Origin: Craspedostauros australis
Taxonomy: Eukaryota
Assembly (NCBI GenBank): GCA_030167865.1
Contig: JALAGF010002098.1
Span: 1 to 53,521, forward strand
Reading direction: 5' to 3'
DNA length: 53,521 nucleotides
Shown here: one piece after another, positions 25,419 through 37,198 of the stretch
Layout: each line of letters starts with the position of its first letter
How positions within the stretch are numbered: position 1 is the stretch's first letter
Translations under genes and position numbers: made by a program
The notes under the pieces: model-generated
What the model was told of the DNA's origin: nothing
Seen by the model: only the letters and a program-made list of their open reading frames with translations
The model's database searches: none

Positions 25419-26259
25419 CCTTGCTTCTTCACTTCTGTACTTGGTTGATCCGGCGTTTGGTTATGGCGTTGATGGTGGAGCGTTGGTTGGATGGTGTGAG
25501 ATGTGATGTGGTGTGATCTGTTGCGATGCAATGCGATGCGATCCGGCTGGATGAGTGAGACCGAATCGTGACGGCGTCTTTTGTGTTCGATTGCGTTTGT
25601 GTTTGCGTCTGCTGTTCCCCGATGTGGCTGATGTGATCGTGTGGATGTGGTCTTGCTCCCTCTTCCATCCTTTTGCTTTTGTTCTTTTTTTCGTTTGGGT
25701 GGGAGATGGATGACGGTTTGGTGGTCGTCGACGTCTTGCGTTTGTCGGCGGGCTGCACGCAAACTGACAAGAACACATCGCGCAGCTCACAATGATCGGT
25801 TGGTTTGCAGAATCTTGTGTGCTCAGAACCTGATAAGGTATCTGAATAACGTCATTATAACCGTTAGATGAATCATCAGTCCGTTTCGTTCTTCGCGCAC
25901 CCTTCCGATTTTGCAAATAGCCTAGATTTCCGATTGGGTGTAGGCAGGCGCCACGATCGTGGAAATGTGGAGACTCCTCATCGAGTACTTGCACAATACT
26001 TCGCTACACTTAGAGCCACCCCCCTCGGATGGTGTCCTGTGCCATCGCATCCCTCGTATCATTCATGGTGAGAGCTTCGGTTGCATCAACTGCGCCTGCT
26101 CGTATCCATGCCAGTGCAATGGAGAAGCATGCTTGTTCCAGAGTTGTGCATTCGGACACGTATGAATGTCATGTCCTGGCGACGACAACGAAGACGACGA
26201 TCGTCGCTTTCGTAGGTACGGGTGGCATTGCAGGACGCTTCTGCCACTCCGAGCAAAGA

Positions 26260-27205
26260 TCACCACCACCACCACCAGGAACTTTGAACGGTCTTCGAGA
26301 AGGACTTGTTGGCCTTGCAAGTTTGCAACCAGCCGTGCAGACGTTCGCATCCCTCCTTCTCGAACGACCCATACGCATTCTCGATCCTCCACAGAAATGG
26401 AAATGCCGAGCAGTCCGCCACAGTCACTTCGTCTCCGCAAATGTAGGGACCGACCACATCGGCATCCATCTCGCGCAGCCGATCCCACATCTCTTTCTTG
26501 CTGCCTCCCAGGACGGCGCTCTTCCCGATCGGGAGGAAGGACTTCATCTTGCTTCGAAATTCAGCTATTTGTTGCGAATGCTTGGAATTGGTACTCAGAC
26601 CGCTGCTGTCGTCACCGCGTATCGTATCGATGCTGTCCAGGATTAGATCCGAATCGGCGTACACCTGCTCCTTGTCTGAATTGACGAAGACCGGCACCGT
26701 GCCCGCGGGGTTCAAGTCCCAGAACCAATCCGGTTTTCCATTCGGTCCGTACAACGAGATCTCTTGCAAGGTGTACGGTGTCTGGCTGACCTCCAGCGCT
26801 ATCCATGCCTTTTGGGCTGCGAAGGGGGCCGAAAGAGACATATCGTCGTATATTCGATGGAGCATGGAGTCGGACGGCCATGGCAACGTTGGGCATGCAC
26901 GGGGTGAGTGGAAGATGCGACCGCACATCGCCATTGGAGCAAGTTCCAATCGTATATTAGCTGTTACTACGTATTATGTAATATAATAGAATACAATAGT
27001 ATACGTATACTCCATTCATTCCGCATTGCATCAGATCCTTACCGAAGGGACACATCTTGTTGGTAATAAGCTTGCTCATCTTGCCATTCGTGGCCACCGC
27101 AAAGGCATCAACGGTTCCAAACAATGGCAAGAGAGACAGCAAATGGAGACCGAAGTATGGAAACAGCGAGACCAATGCAACCGTGCGGGTGGTGGACGAC
27201 CTCAT
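26260..27205 (-). CDS. Plastid-targeted Cys-type glutathione S-transferase (Lambda/Omega/DHAR-like); exons 27043-27205 and 26260-26816
   Basis: Signal ...GTVDA|FAV; spliced active site MCPF(A)QKAWIALE; KPDWFWDLNPAGTVPV, DSDLILD, GPYICGDEVTVADC..FPFLWR. Confidence 0.9.
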
Positions 27206-27953
27206 TTCGTCCCTGCTCGAGTCGAACCAGGCCAAACCAAGTCAACCTGATTCGGTGCTCCTCTTTACCTCGTTGATCTTGTGTGTGCGAATGAGATGAT
27301 GTGTGGCGCGTTGGATCCTTTCAGCTTCGTCCACTTCCCTGCATCTCCTGCGCGGTCGGTTGCCAGCTTCGCGTTGTGCGGGTGTTGCCACGACGCCAAG
27401 GAATTGGATCTTTGGGGCTTCTGGTACATTAACAGTCCCTTTCCGACATATGAGCTTGTTCATGACACGTTCACAACCTGGGCATTTCGCGCCATAGTGA
27501 CGATAGTAATGTCAGGGCTGGGACGCGAGGAAAGGTGGAGGACAGGCGATTCCATCAAACGGATACTGTGGCCTTGTGATACGATTGCGACTATGGTTCT
27601 CCACCAGAAGTCCAGCTCGTATTCGAGTGTCGGCAGTCAACCTGCGCACGACTACGATCGCAGCCGAATGGTCCTGGTGCCCAGTAATGCGTGATCCCTT
27701 TCGATTCTCGCGTGCTTGAAGGAAGTCAACTCCCGAACAAACTGATAACTCCGCAGGTCGGCAATTCTGTGACCAACTGAATCTCGTGAAATGAGGTGTA
27801 TCCTATTATAATATATACTCGTAATAGTACTATGAATGCATCCATTGCACGCTATTGTGTACGCCATTTTGTGCGTTATTCTACTCATTAATATAATAGC
27901 AAAGATCCATTGTACTCCCCCCACAATATCACAACCCCCCACGAAAAGTCCCA

Positions 27954-30900
27954 TTACAACCCCACTTCTGGATCCTGGCTGTCGCAATCCTTCGTCATCG
28001 TCGCCATGAACTCTTCCCCCCTGCGTTCCCATTCTGCGCGGTTGGCGATCGCGTAGTTCAAGTATTCGTCGCTGGATTTGCCGAACACGCCGCAGTCCTT
28101 CAATTTCTTCGCCAATGGAATGATGTAGAAGTCGAAGAAGCCCAGCTCCCCTTTGTACCAGCCGTCGACTGGGTTCGTTTCAGATCTGCCGCTGCGGTAG
28201 GCAGCGTAGCATTCCTTGAAGAAGCGCTCGTTCCACTTGCGGTACACGTGCCAGTGCTGCATCGTGTGGGCAACGTCCGAGGCTTGGATCAAGTGCTCGA
28301 TGACGATGGTCGCCTTGCGGTCGGTGGCGTCCTTGATGGATTCGTCGAAAGCGTTGTCCGAGAAGGCCTTGTCCCAGCGGCCGTTCCTCAGCTGCTTAAG
28401 ATCCTTGTCCACGATGTCTGTCGCCATGACTCCGTTGACGACAAGCTGTCGGAAGCGCTGCAGGTCCTCCCTGTTCCCGCAAAGGCAGTTGCGGAAGTCG
28501 GCGTACTGGTCGGATGTGAACAATTCCCAAGCCAGCGCCAAGGAGTTCTGCTCGGCGACGGATCGGTTGTCGTAGATGGCCGCAAGGCGCGTCTTCTCCT
28601 TGACCAGCTGGGCGTTCGGGACGCCTGGATGATCGACATCATGAATCATGGCAGAGAATGCGCATGCGAACTGCGTCAGCGGATCCGACGTGATGCCGTA
28701 GGTATGGTCGTGCAGCGATGCAGCGACATTCGCGCTACCGTCGGTGTGATTGCTGTTGCTGTTGCCGATGCCCGCGCTGTTTTTGTCGATGAAGTCGAGA
28801 TCGGACGGAGCAACGATGCGAGCAAGCAGCTTGATGACGGACATGGTCACGTGCGATGCGTGCTCGAAGTTGTGGAAGGGGTTGTCCTGGTACATCGACG
28901 CGATGGCTTCAACGAAGGATCGCAGCTGATCGATCACTTTCTGGTCGATATTTGGGGCGGAGTCGACGATTGAGTTTTGCTTGCGGGCGGCCCTCTGGTT
29001 GAATTCGGGGAGGTGGACGATCTCGCACACTTCATCCAACGGGGAGAAACTGCTAGACTCCACTGCTGAGCGAGAATGCACCATGCTTCGTAGATTGATG
29101 GGCATGCCGACCGCCTTCCTGTGTGCCACGACCTGTTGCAAGATCTGCGTGAGCATCACCACATTCCAATCCACCAACCGGAGCTGCTTTTCGTCCAAAC
29201 CACTCGATTGAACTCGCTGTTGGATCTCGGTTGATGTAAGGCTGTCTGGGAAAATGGTCTCATCATGGGTACTTTCCCACTCCATGCTGCTCCTGCTACT
29301 GACCATCGAACCACTTCTGGGACTTGACAATGATTTGGCGATCCAGTAGCTGAAGAGATGAGGCGAAGATCGTTCAGGAACGTGTACGTACGGCGGATGG
29401 CGGATTGTAGATGACATATAGCGGATGATCAATGAGGAGGAAGATGAGTAAGATATATTCCATGCAAATAGACCACGATGCGCAGAGTGAAGTACTGCAG
29501 AGGAAGCAGGTGTGGCGCCCGCCACGACAGGCAACAGCAATAATCGCAACAGCAAAATCAGCGACAAGGGCATCAACTTACGTTTGCATATCACCCTTGC
29601 CTTTGGCATGGACCGTCTCCGGTCTCTTCACCAGCCAGTACCCTTTTCCGCACTGTCGGATGCATTCAGCTGTGTCGCTAGACACATGGATGCGGCCATT
29701 CTCGCTCGTGCGCTCGATGCGAGATGCGGTGTTCATGGTGTCGCCGAACAGCTGAAATCGTGCTCGTTCTCCGCGCAGCACTCCGGCTGTCACCGGGCCC
29801 GAGTGCATGCCAATGCGGATGGAGAGATCGGCGGTGTCCGGGCCGTGCGTGATCTCCAACTCCTTCACAAGCACATTCATCCGCTTGAGGATATCGTGTG
29901 CAAAACGAACCATGATGGTGGCGTGATCCTTCTTTGGTTCTGGAATACCGGTGGCGGCCACGTAGCAGTCCCCAACAGTCTCAACCTTGAACACACGCCT
30001 TGCTTTGGCGATTTGATCAAACTGGGAGAAGACCGTTTCGAGCAAAGAGAAGACTTGCGTCGGTTCTTTTGGGGATAGATTTTGGTGTCGATTTTGTGCG
30101 TATGAGTATGGTGGCAACAACGGCGCAGAGGTGGCGTAAGCGCGAATGTTAGAGAAAGAGAGAGCGTCGATCGCCACAATTGTAGTTTCGCAAGCAAGGA
30201 GATCATCGTCCATTCGTCACGGCTGTCATCGCACCAAACACTCCTATATTTGCACACTTACCTCGAACTGAACTCCATGCGGTGAAACCGGAGATGTCAG
30301 CGAATAGGATTGTCGTCTCGAGGAAGAGATCAGCCAACGGCTGCCCTGTCTCCGTGTTCGCGTCTACCTCACCGTGCAAGAAGTTCTTAAGGTTGGAGAT
30401 GCGGATGTTCGCTGTATCACCACGCGCGTTCTTGTCGGAGAAGAGCCGATCTCGAATGGCGCTGGGGAAGAGCGCCGCCACGAGCACATTGGAGCGCGCG
30501 GCATTCTCAATGAGCGTTTCGTTGCGATGATTGACGAACCTGTCGTACATGAAGAAGATGGCAATCACAGCAAAGAATGCGCAGAAGATGACGATGGCGA
30601 ACGCCTCAGGGAGGAAGGTGTCATAGGGATCTTCGAACTGCTTTGATGGGTAGATATGCATCGTGTAGATGCAATGCCCGGGAGCACTGGTGTAGTCTGG
30701 ATGATCGGAAGGTGTGAGCACCCGCACCTTCTCGTACTTGTTGTAGCTTCTGTCGTGCAGGTCCTCTGTGAACGCGTGGGTGAGTATATTCCATTCCAAT
30801 GCACGGATGAGCGGAGTTAGGGCAGATACGTCCATGTACACACGCATCATACGAGGAGGCAAGAATGTGTAGAGAGGAGGCGTACCGTGCGTGCGCAGAT

Positions 30901-32797
30901 GATGGAAAAGAGAGCATACGTAGTTGGTGAGATGGGAGCTGAGTGTCGAGATGAGCAAAGCAGGTGCCAGACGCAAGGATGGAACACGTGCATGCGAGGA
31001 ATCAAGCATGCGGAGGAGATTGAATTGAGGTGGCGATTGATGTTTGCACTTACCGTATCCCTGGAAGTAGGCATTCTCTCCGTCAATGTTGTAAGTGAAG
31101 GTTTGGTTGCAGGTGTTGGTAATCACAGCCGTGATTCCCCGTACGTTGTTCGGAAGCAGTTGGTTCAAGGCCGCATCCCATGCTGTCGCGCCAACCAAAA
31201 TACCGACGATTTCGGAGTTTGGATCCGAAGCAACTTCGTACACTGGGTGGAAGACGAAGGTGTGCGGGTAGCTGATCTTGGAACCAGGCAATCTGGCGTG
31301 CATCACTTCGTGCTCCTCTTTCTTGAATGCAAACCCGCTGAACCTCCGTGCCGTTTGGAACAGCGTCTCGGTTCTCAGATGGATCAGACTGGCCTCCGTG
31401 ATTGGGGCACCAGATGCCTCCGTGGACATGAGGTTCCAGTTTAGGTAGTTGAAATCGAATGGTGCTGGCGCATACTCCCAAAGCGCGTACCAGCGCTCCC
31501 TCCCTTTGATGTCTGGGCCAAACCCGCGCTTTGCGCGATTCAGCGACGTAATGTAGGGGTGAAAGTTCTCAGGAGTGAAGTCGTCGAGGTTCCCATTCTC
31601 CTCGAGGTTGGCACTCTTCACGAGAGCATGGTGGTTCTTGATGCTAAAATCTACCCACTCATCATATGTCTCGTTCTTGACCATGTGAAGCAGCGTCACG
31701 GCTTCGGAGCGTGAGTACTTCAGAACCGTTTCTGCGGTTGTCCGGAAAGCCGGGATCGTGACGGCCGGCCAGGTCTGGTTTGTGGCAACGACGTAGTTGG
31801 AGACATGATCAGCTAGACCCGTGTACGCACTTCGAAGGCCGAGCTGTTGGCCAACAGCAGCGTCCCCCACAGTCCTCGCGAACTGCTCGAACTGCAGTTT
31901 GTTGGGGTGCGGGAGGAGTGTAGTGCAAAGGAGCGAAAACGCAAATAGGTTAGGCAAACGGGATTAGGGCTTGCGGGATGAAGAAGAGTATGACGTTTCT
32001 CCGTTTCTCGCACGCTTCGAACGGGAGGATGGTTTGGAACTTACTGCTGTCTCGAAGGTGTCTGTTTGCTGCTCTTCCAAGAACTGCGAAGCGAGGTGAC
32101 CAAGAGTGAATTGTTGACAAGAGGGAAAGCGGATGGAGAACGAGAACAGGGCAGAAGGTAGGCATGTATGTAGTTTATACGGTGAGAAAGAGAGGGGAGG
32201 CAGAGAAGCAGGACATGTTCCGCAGTCATCCACCATACAGGATTTGCATAGGAGACAAAGCAGAGTACGAGTAGATCGCAGGTGCCGACTGGACACGGCT
32301 CTGCATGAAAATGCGCAGGGCCACCAACCAACAACGAACCAAGGAAGAACGAAAAGTGAAGGACGAAATCAGCCAAACGAACATGGAAGGACAGTTTGAA
32401 CGCAAAGGCATGGTGTGGCACCACACCATCTGCCACTGCTCCATGGTGAAAGTCGACTTACGTGATGCGTTGTCCAGGTGACAGTAACGCCAGTTGCTAG
32501 GAGCGCAAAGGTCGTAGCAACTCGCCACAGCTGGACCTTCAGCGTGTCTTTCCGCGCAACGTTGCGGACTGCCTGTATCTCATCTTGGCTATGCTCTGCA
32601 TTGCTGCTGAGATCGCGGGAGCTTTCGTAGTCGACGGCATCCACCATTTCCTTGTCTGTGGCCGTCGTTCCTGTTTGGCCTTTTCTGTTGTTGTTGTTGT
32701 TGTTGCTGTTGCTGGTATCGTCTGTGTCACTCATGACCTCGCTGTCTGCGGAGGACGGCATGCCGCGAGAAAGGGGACCTTCGGTGCCGGGCGCCAT
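27954..32797 (-). CDS. Receptor guanylate cyclase-phosphodiesterase (GC/PDE) fusion; exons 32462-32797, 32045-32083, 31054-31891, 30262-30765, 29582-30065, 27954-29349
   Basis: Two TM segments flank a sensor region. Cyclase: LFADISGFTAWSSVR, FKVETVGDCYVA, IRIGMHSGPVTAGVL, FQLFGDTMNTASR, KGKGDMQTYW. PDE: NPFHNFEHASHV, HDVDHPG, ATDI, QASDVAH, FYIIPL. All five introns are GT-AG and frame-consistent. Confidence 0.93.
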
Positions 32798-34365
32798 GGT
32801 TGTGTCGTTCCTTCTGATTTGTGAACTTGGCGTTGCTTGTCGTTTGTGCGCTTCCATCTGCTCCCTATTTTGTCGGGAGAGAGGATTGTGGGTATTGGCT
32901 GAAATGAGATCCAGGGGCTGCTGTGTTGGGGCTCGGATTGCTCTGATACCTTTTATGCTGATTGGTGCGCCTTTCTGTGCACTCGTAACGTGGTTTTGTG
33001 TTGCGGCTTCTGGTTTGCTATTGTTTGCTTCGTTACCTCTCTGTTGGCAGGTCAGGTGGCGCCTGTTCTCGAACCTCCATTTTGTGGCGAGGTGGGGTGG
33101 ATTGCGAAAGTCGCTCCAGAATGGCAAGCCGATGGCACTCGATTGGACAACCGCGACACTGTCCTGCCCCACCCTTGATCCATTTGTTCCGCTCTCGCCA
33201 CCACGAAGCACGAGCGTGATTATCCCGCGAACATGTCAAGACTGTGTCCTCCCGCACAACATGGGTTGTTTCGCTTTTGTCATTCCTCGTTACCGGTTTG
33301 CCCCCTGAACCCGTCGCAACCTTCTCCCTTCGGGAATGCCTGTACCTCTATCGGCATCCCTCCTTCTCACGTGCTCGTGCACATTCTCCAAAGACCCAAG
33401 AGTGCTTGTTCGGGGAGGACCAATGCATCAAGGCAGCTCTTGACAACGAAGGTACTGATACCACGACCACCCCCTGGCCCTGCGACGATTCTCATCTTGA
33501 TTGGATGTGGTACCTCATCGAGGATTGTGCTCGTGCTGTGTCGCTCTTTGCGCCATACTGACGACACAATTTCACACAGCGTTCCGGGTACAAGCTTCAA
33601 GGGGTGATGTCCCTTCGCAACGCATCTCGTAGTCGCTCGTGAACCTTGCACCCGTGAATGAGATCGCGCCCAACCCTGACGAAGCCGCCGACGAGCACCG
33701 TTTCTGAAGTTAGTCAATCGCACTCAGCGGGTTCGTGGCCGGTTCTGTCAACGCTCCCTTCAAACCAGCCCAAGTTGCGCTTCGCAATCAACCCCTCCGC
33801 TGTGCCCATGGAGCACAGCGGCTTGCGCTATGTTCTAGAATACCACACAGCAGCAAACTGCACAGCCGCTTCGATCTTGTTCTTGTACCTGGTGGGGTTG
33901 GCAGGTTCGTCGAGAAGTGACGATCCCGTGAAACGTTTCACAGAGAGGTACTATAGAGGTAAAGAGAGAGAGAGAAGGACTGGGAGCAGAAAATACGGAT
34001 TGTGCTATTCGCATTCTTGACGGTTGCAGTCTTATCGAGATCGCAGTTCGCTTAATTCGCACGCGCGAATGGAATGATAACCGAAAATGGCGCCAAGACC
34101 GTCCGAGATAGTTGAAAATGTGAAAAAGATCTGCCTGATACTACCAGGCAATCAAATGCACCTCCAACATGGTATATTCGTATGAAACCAACAGCAACAA
34201 CCAAGTTTTTAGTCCGCTGGCCATGGGAAAATGGGTCGAGCGGCGGCCAACGAAAAACGGCAACGGCATCAACCAACGCAAGAGGGACATCACTGTCCAT
34301 CCCTCCCGACGAGAGAAGAAGAAGAACAACAACAAACGAGTGAGCAACCAGTCCACCCAGCAGCC

Positions 34366-35126
34366 ATGGCTTCCCTCCACCTCGCCAAACATGCGCGTCA
34401 AATGAACATCATCCATCGCCCGGCGATGCTCTACAAGCGCATTGTGAGGTACGGCCACGACTGATTTTTGTGCGAGAAGAAGAGCGGTGCGACAAGATAC
34501 TCTCTTGCCGCCTGGCTGCACGGTGCTTTTGGGTTAATGACGTCCTGCTCCGCCGCCTGGTGTGGCTTGATGGGCACCTGCTGCATCCCTCGTCGAACGT
34601 ATGGCAGATGTGCAAATGCCCATGCATTCGTAGACTGTGGCGTGCGCCTGTGCATGGTGTAATGTGTAGTGTGTAGCGTGTATCGTGTTTTTATCTCCCG
34701 ACGTTTGTGCTGCGGCACGAGTATTGGCATGTCCGGCGCCGACATGCTTGAATCCACGCTCATACTCAACTCGATATTGTTTTGCTTCATCGTCCATCCG
34801 AGTACCCTCACTCCTTGATCCGTCCCTTCGTTCCATAATGCAGAGAGCTGCCGAGAATTCTAACAATCTACGACATCGACATTCCGGTCGCTCAGGCGAA
34901 GGCACGCATTCGAGACAGCTTCAACGAGAATGCCGCCATCAAGGATGATCGCGTCCAGGAGATGCTCATCGAGCAGGGCTACTTCAGCTTGGAGACCACC
35001 ATGCTGCAGCACAAGCAGAAGGCCCACATCATGCACTACCTTGAGGGATACATGGTATCAGGCGAAGGTGACCGCAAGCGCCTCTCGGAGGAGGACTCCA
35101 TCGATGCTCAATTCGCTCGCAACTAA
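34366..35126 (+). CDS. NDUFA6: NADH dehydrogenase (complex I) accessory subunit B14/NDUFA6, LYR family; exons 34366-34448 and 34844-35126
   Basis: Spliced product MASLHLAKHARQMNIIHRPAMLYKRIVRELPRILTIYDIDIPVAQAKARIRDSFNENAAIKDDRVQEMLIEQGYFSLETTMLQHKQKAHIMHYL...ARN*; donor AG|gtac, acceptor cag|A; exon 2 is absent from the ORF track. Confidence 0.88.
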
Positions 35127-35710
35127 GCGCGGACGTATTGGTGAAACATGGCAGAGCACGAAGGCAGCCAAGGCACTGCTGGTATTGTTTCATTCTGCTC
35201 TACTTTGCAGTGGAGTACTCCGTTGTTTCCCACCTTATTCTCTGCTCCGATGGTCGTCATCTAGGCAACGAGAAGCTATGTCCATGCGATGCATAGCATC
35301 ATTGCATCACAACAACAACAGATCACGGACCGTTCGCATGGGGGTGTACTCTATCGCAATCCACATCCAAATCCTCTCTCTCTCTAGAGTCCAGCACATA
35401 CACCCAGTATATCTCTGTAGAGCTCTTTCTCTCTTTCTACCTACTATAGACAGAAAGAGAAGAGGATAGACTGCCACTGTATCTACTCCACAATCCCTCA
35501 CACTGGAGCGTGAGAGCACAGTGCATGATAAGATTCGCACATACGATTGCGTACGTAGGAGAGTGGCACGGTCCTTGTAGCGTTCTCCATCCACTCTGTT
35601 CAGTTTGGTGTGTGCCTTTTGTTCGGAAGAATGCAACGGTTATTGATTGCATGCTCTCCATCATTGTCACCCCGCGTGCGAGCAGCTCATGTCTCAGAAA
35701 CAGCGCTCAT

Positions 35711-36649
35711 CTATTTCCTGACACATGAAGTCAGTTGAATAATTTGGCCGGACGCCAACATCTGGAACGGCGTCATGCCATCCTCCACGCTCTTCCGATA
35801 CACCTTTTCCACATTCTCCGGCGTCACCATGACGTGCACCGACCGCAGGCATTCGATCGCATTGCGCAGTCTGCAGAGGGACTGTCGCTGCTCTATCGTG
35901 ACGGGTTCCGACGCATGCTTGGCGCGCAAATTCTCCTGCAACTCTGCCAGATCCTTGTTCGTTTCGTTGTTGCCGGATGATCCCAGTCCCAGTTTCCGCT
36001 GGATCCATATGTTGCCGTTCGTTCCCCACAGCACGTCTATCGTATCATCAATGAGAGACAGGAAGTGGTTCTTCATCCTTGGGATCAGCGACGGCGGCAC
36101 CGACACGACGACCCCGTTCTCCAGCTTGCTGTACCGGTATGACCGGGTGTGCAGCATGAGCGTGCCGTCGGCCGGTTGCACCTTGTGGACCTCGGCGCTG
36201 ATGAGATCGCCCTGCGCCAGGAAGTTGCGCATCTCCCGTTGATCCTGCGCCGTGCGAACTCGCTGCGCCCCGCCCGCCAAGTGCACACCGCTGAGGGGCA
36301 GCTGCGCTTCGCGTCCATGTGGCGTCAATCGCACCATCCACCGCGAATTCCCAACGCTGACGACGCGCCCCACCACCAGATCACCCACCTGACCTTTGTA
36401 GATGGACGTCGCGAAGGGAATCACGGTGACGAGCTTGTTGACGCGTTGCACCGTCCCGCAGACGCTGGCCACCAACCGATCCTCGTTCCCGACGCGTTCC
36501 ACGTACGTTCCGTGGCCGCGCAGGAAGCCATCTTCCTCATCATGTTGCTGCTGCTGTTGGTCCTGCTCCTGTTGCTTGCCATCGCCTCGGTTGTTGGACG
36601 ATGTTGCCACAACTTGTCCCGGGATGACCAGATGCAATGTGGATGCCAT
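35711..36649 (-). CDS. RRP4: Exosome complex component RRP4 (EXOSC2)
   Basis: VIPGQVV, FLRGHGTY, VASVCGTVQRVNKLV, GDLVVGRV, LPLSGVHLAGG.QR, GDLISAEV, LHTRS.RYSKLENG, WGTNGNIWI. Confidence 0.95.
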   Translation of the reverse strand: MASTLHLVIPGQVVATSSNNRGDGKQQEQDQQQQQHDEEDGFLRGHGTYVERVGNEDRLVASVCGTVQRVNKLVTVIPFATSIYKGQVGDLVVGRVVSVGNSRWMVRLTPHGREAQLPLSGVHLAGGAQRVRTAQDQREMRNFLAQGDLISAEVHKVQPADGTLMLHTRSYRYSKLENGVVVSVPPSLIPRMKNHFLSLIDDTIDVLWGTNGNIWIQRKLGLGSSGNNETNKDLAELQENLRAKHASEPVTIEQRQSLCRLRNAIECLRSVHVMVTPENVEKVYRKSVEDGMTPFQMLASGQIIQLTSCVRK

Positions 36650-37198
36650 TTCTCGAGAGATGGTGATAGTCCAGCGAGCGAGAAAGCAAACTGGTGGGTG
36701 GATCAACCAATCGAAGAGATGCACTCGTACTCAACGGCTACAAGTACCCGTATGGAAGAATAGCTCTGGATTCAGCTCAGATTCTCAATCTATCCGTGAG
36801 CACTTGTTGTGCTTGTTTCGTTTGTTTGGTGTAGCTTGTGTCGAGTTTGTGTTCTTCGTGTCTGTGTCTTTCCTTCTCTGTTTGCTTCGACTTTGCGCCA
36901 TTTTTGGAGATTTGTGGTTCGGATCGTTGGTTGTGGTCGTTTCTGCATTGATGTGAAGATCTGCAATTGTCATGGAATTACATTAATTCCCTGCAACTCC
37001 CACATCAACAACAAAATGACAATCGTCACAACACACATCAACCACTCACCAACCAACCACGAAATCAGTATTCTGCTCTTCATTCATTCATTCATTCATT
37101 CCTCCATGCATCCCCTCTGAAGGACGTACTGACAACAGTTCTCCGACATACTGCTGGAGACTACCATTCCGACACACATCCACCCAAGAATCAACACC

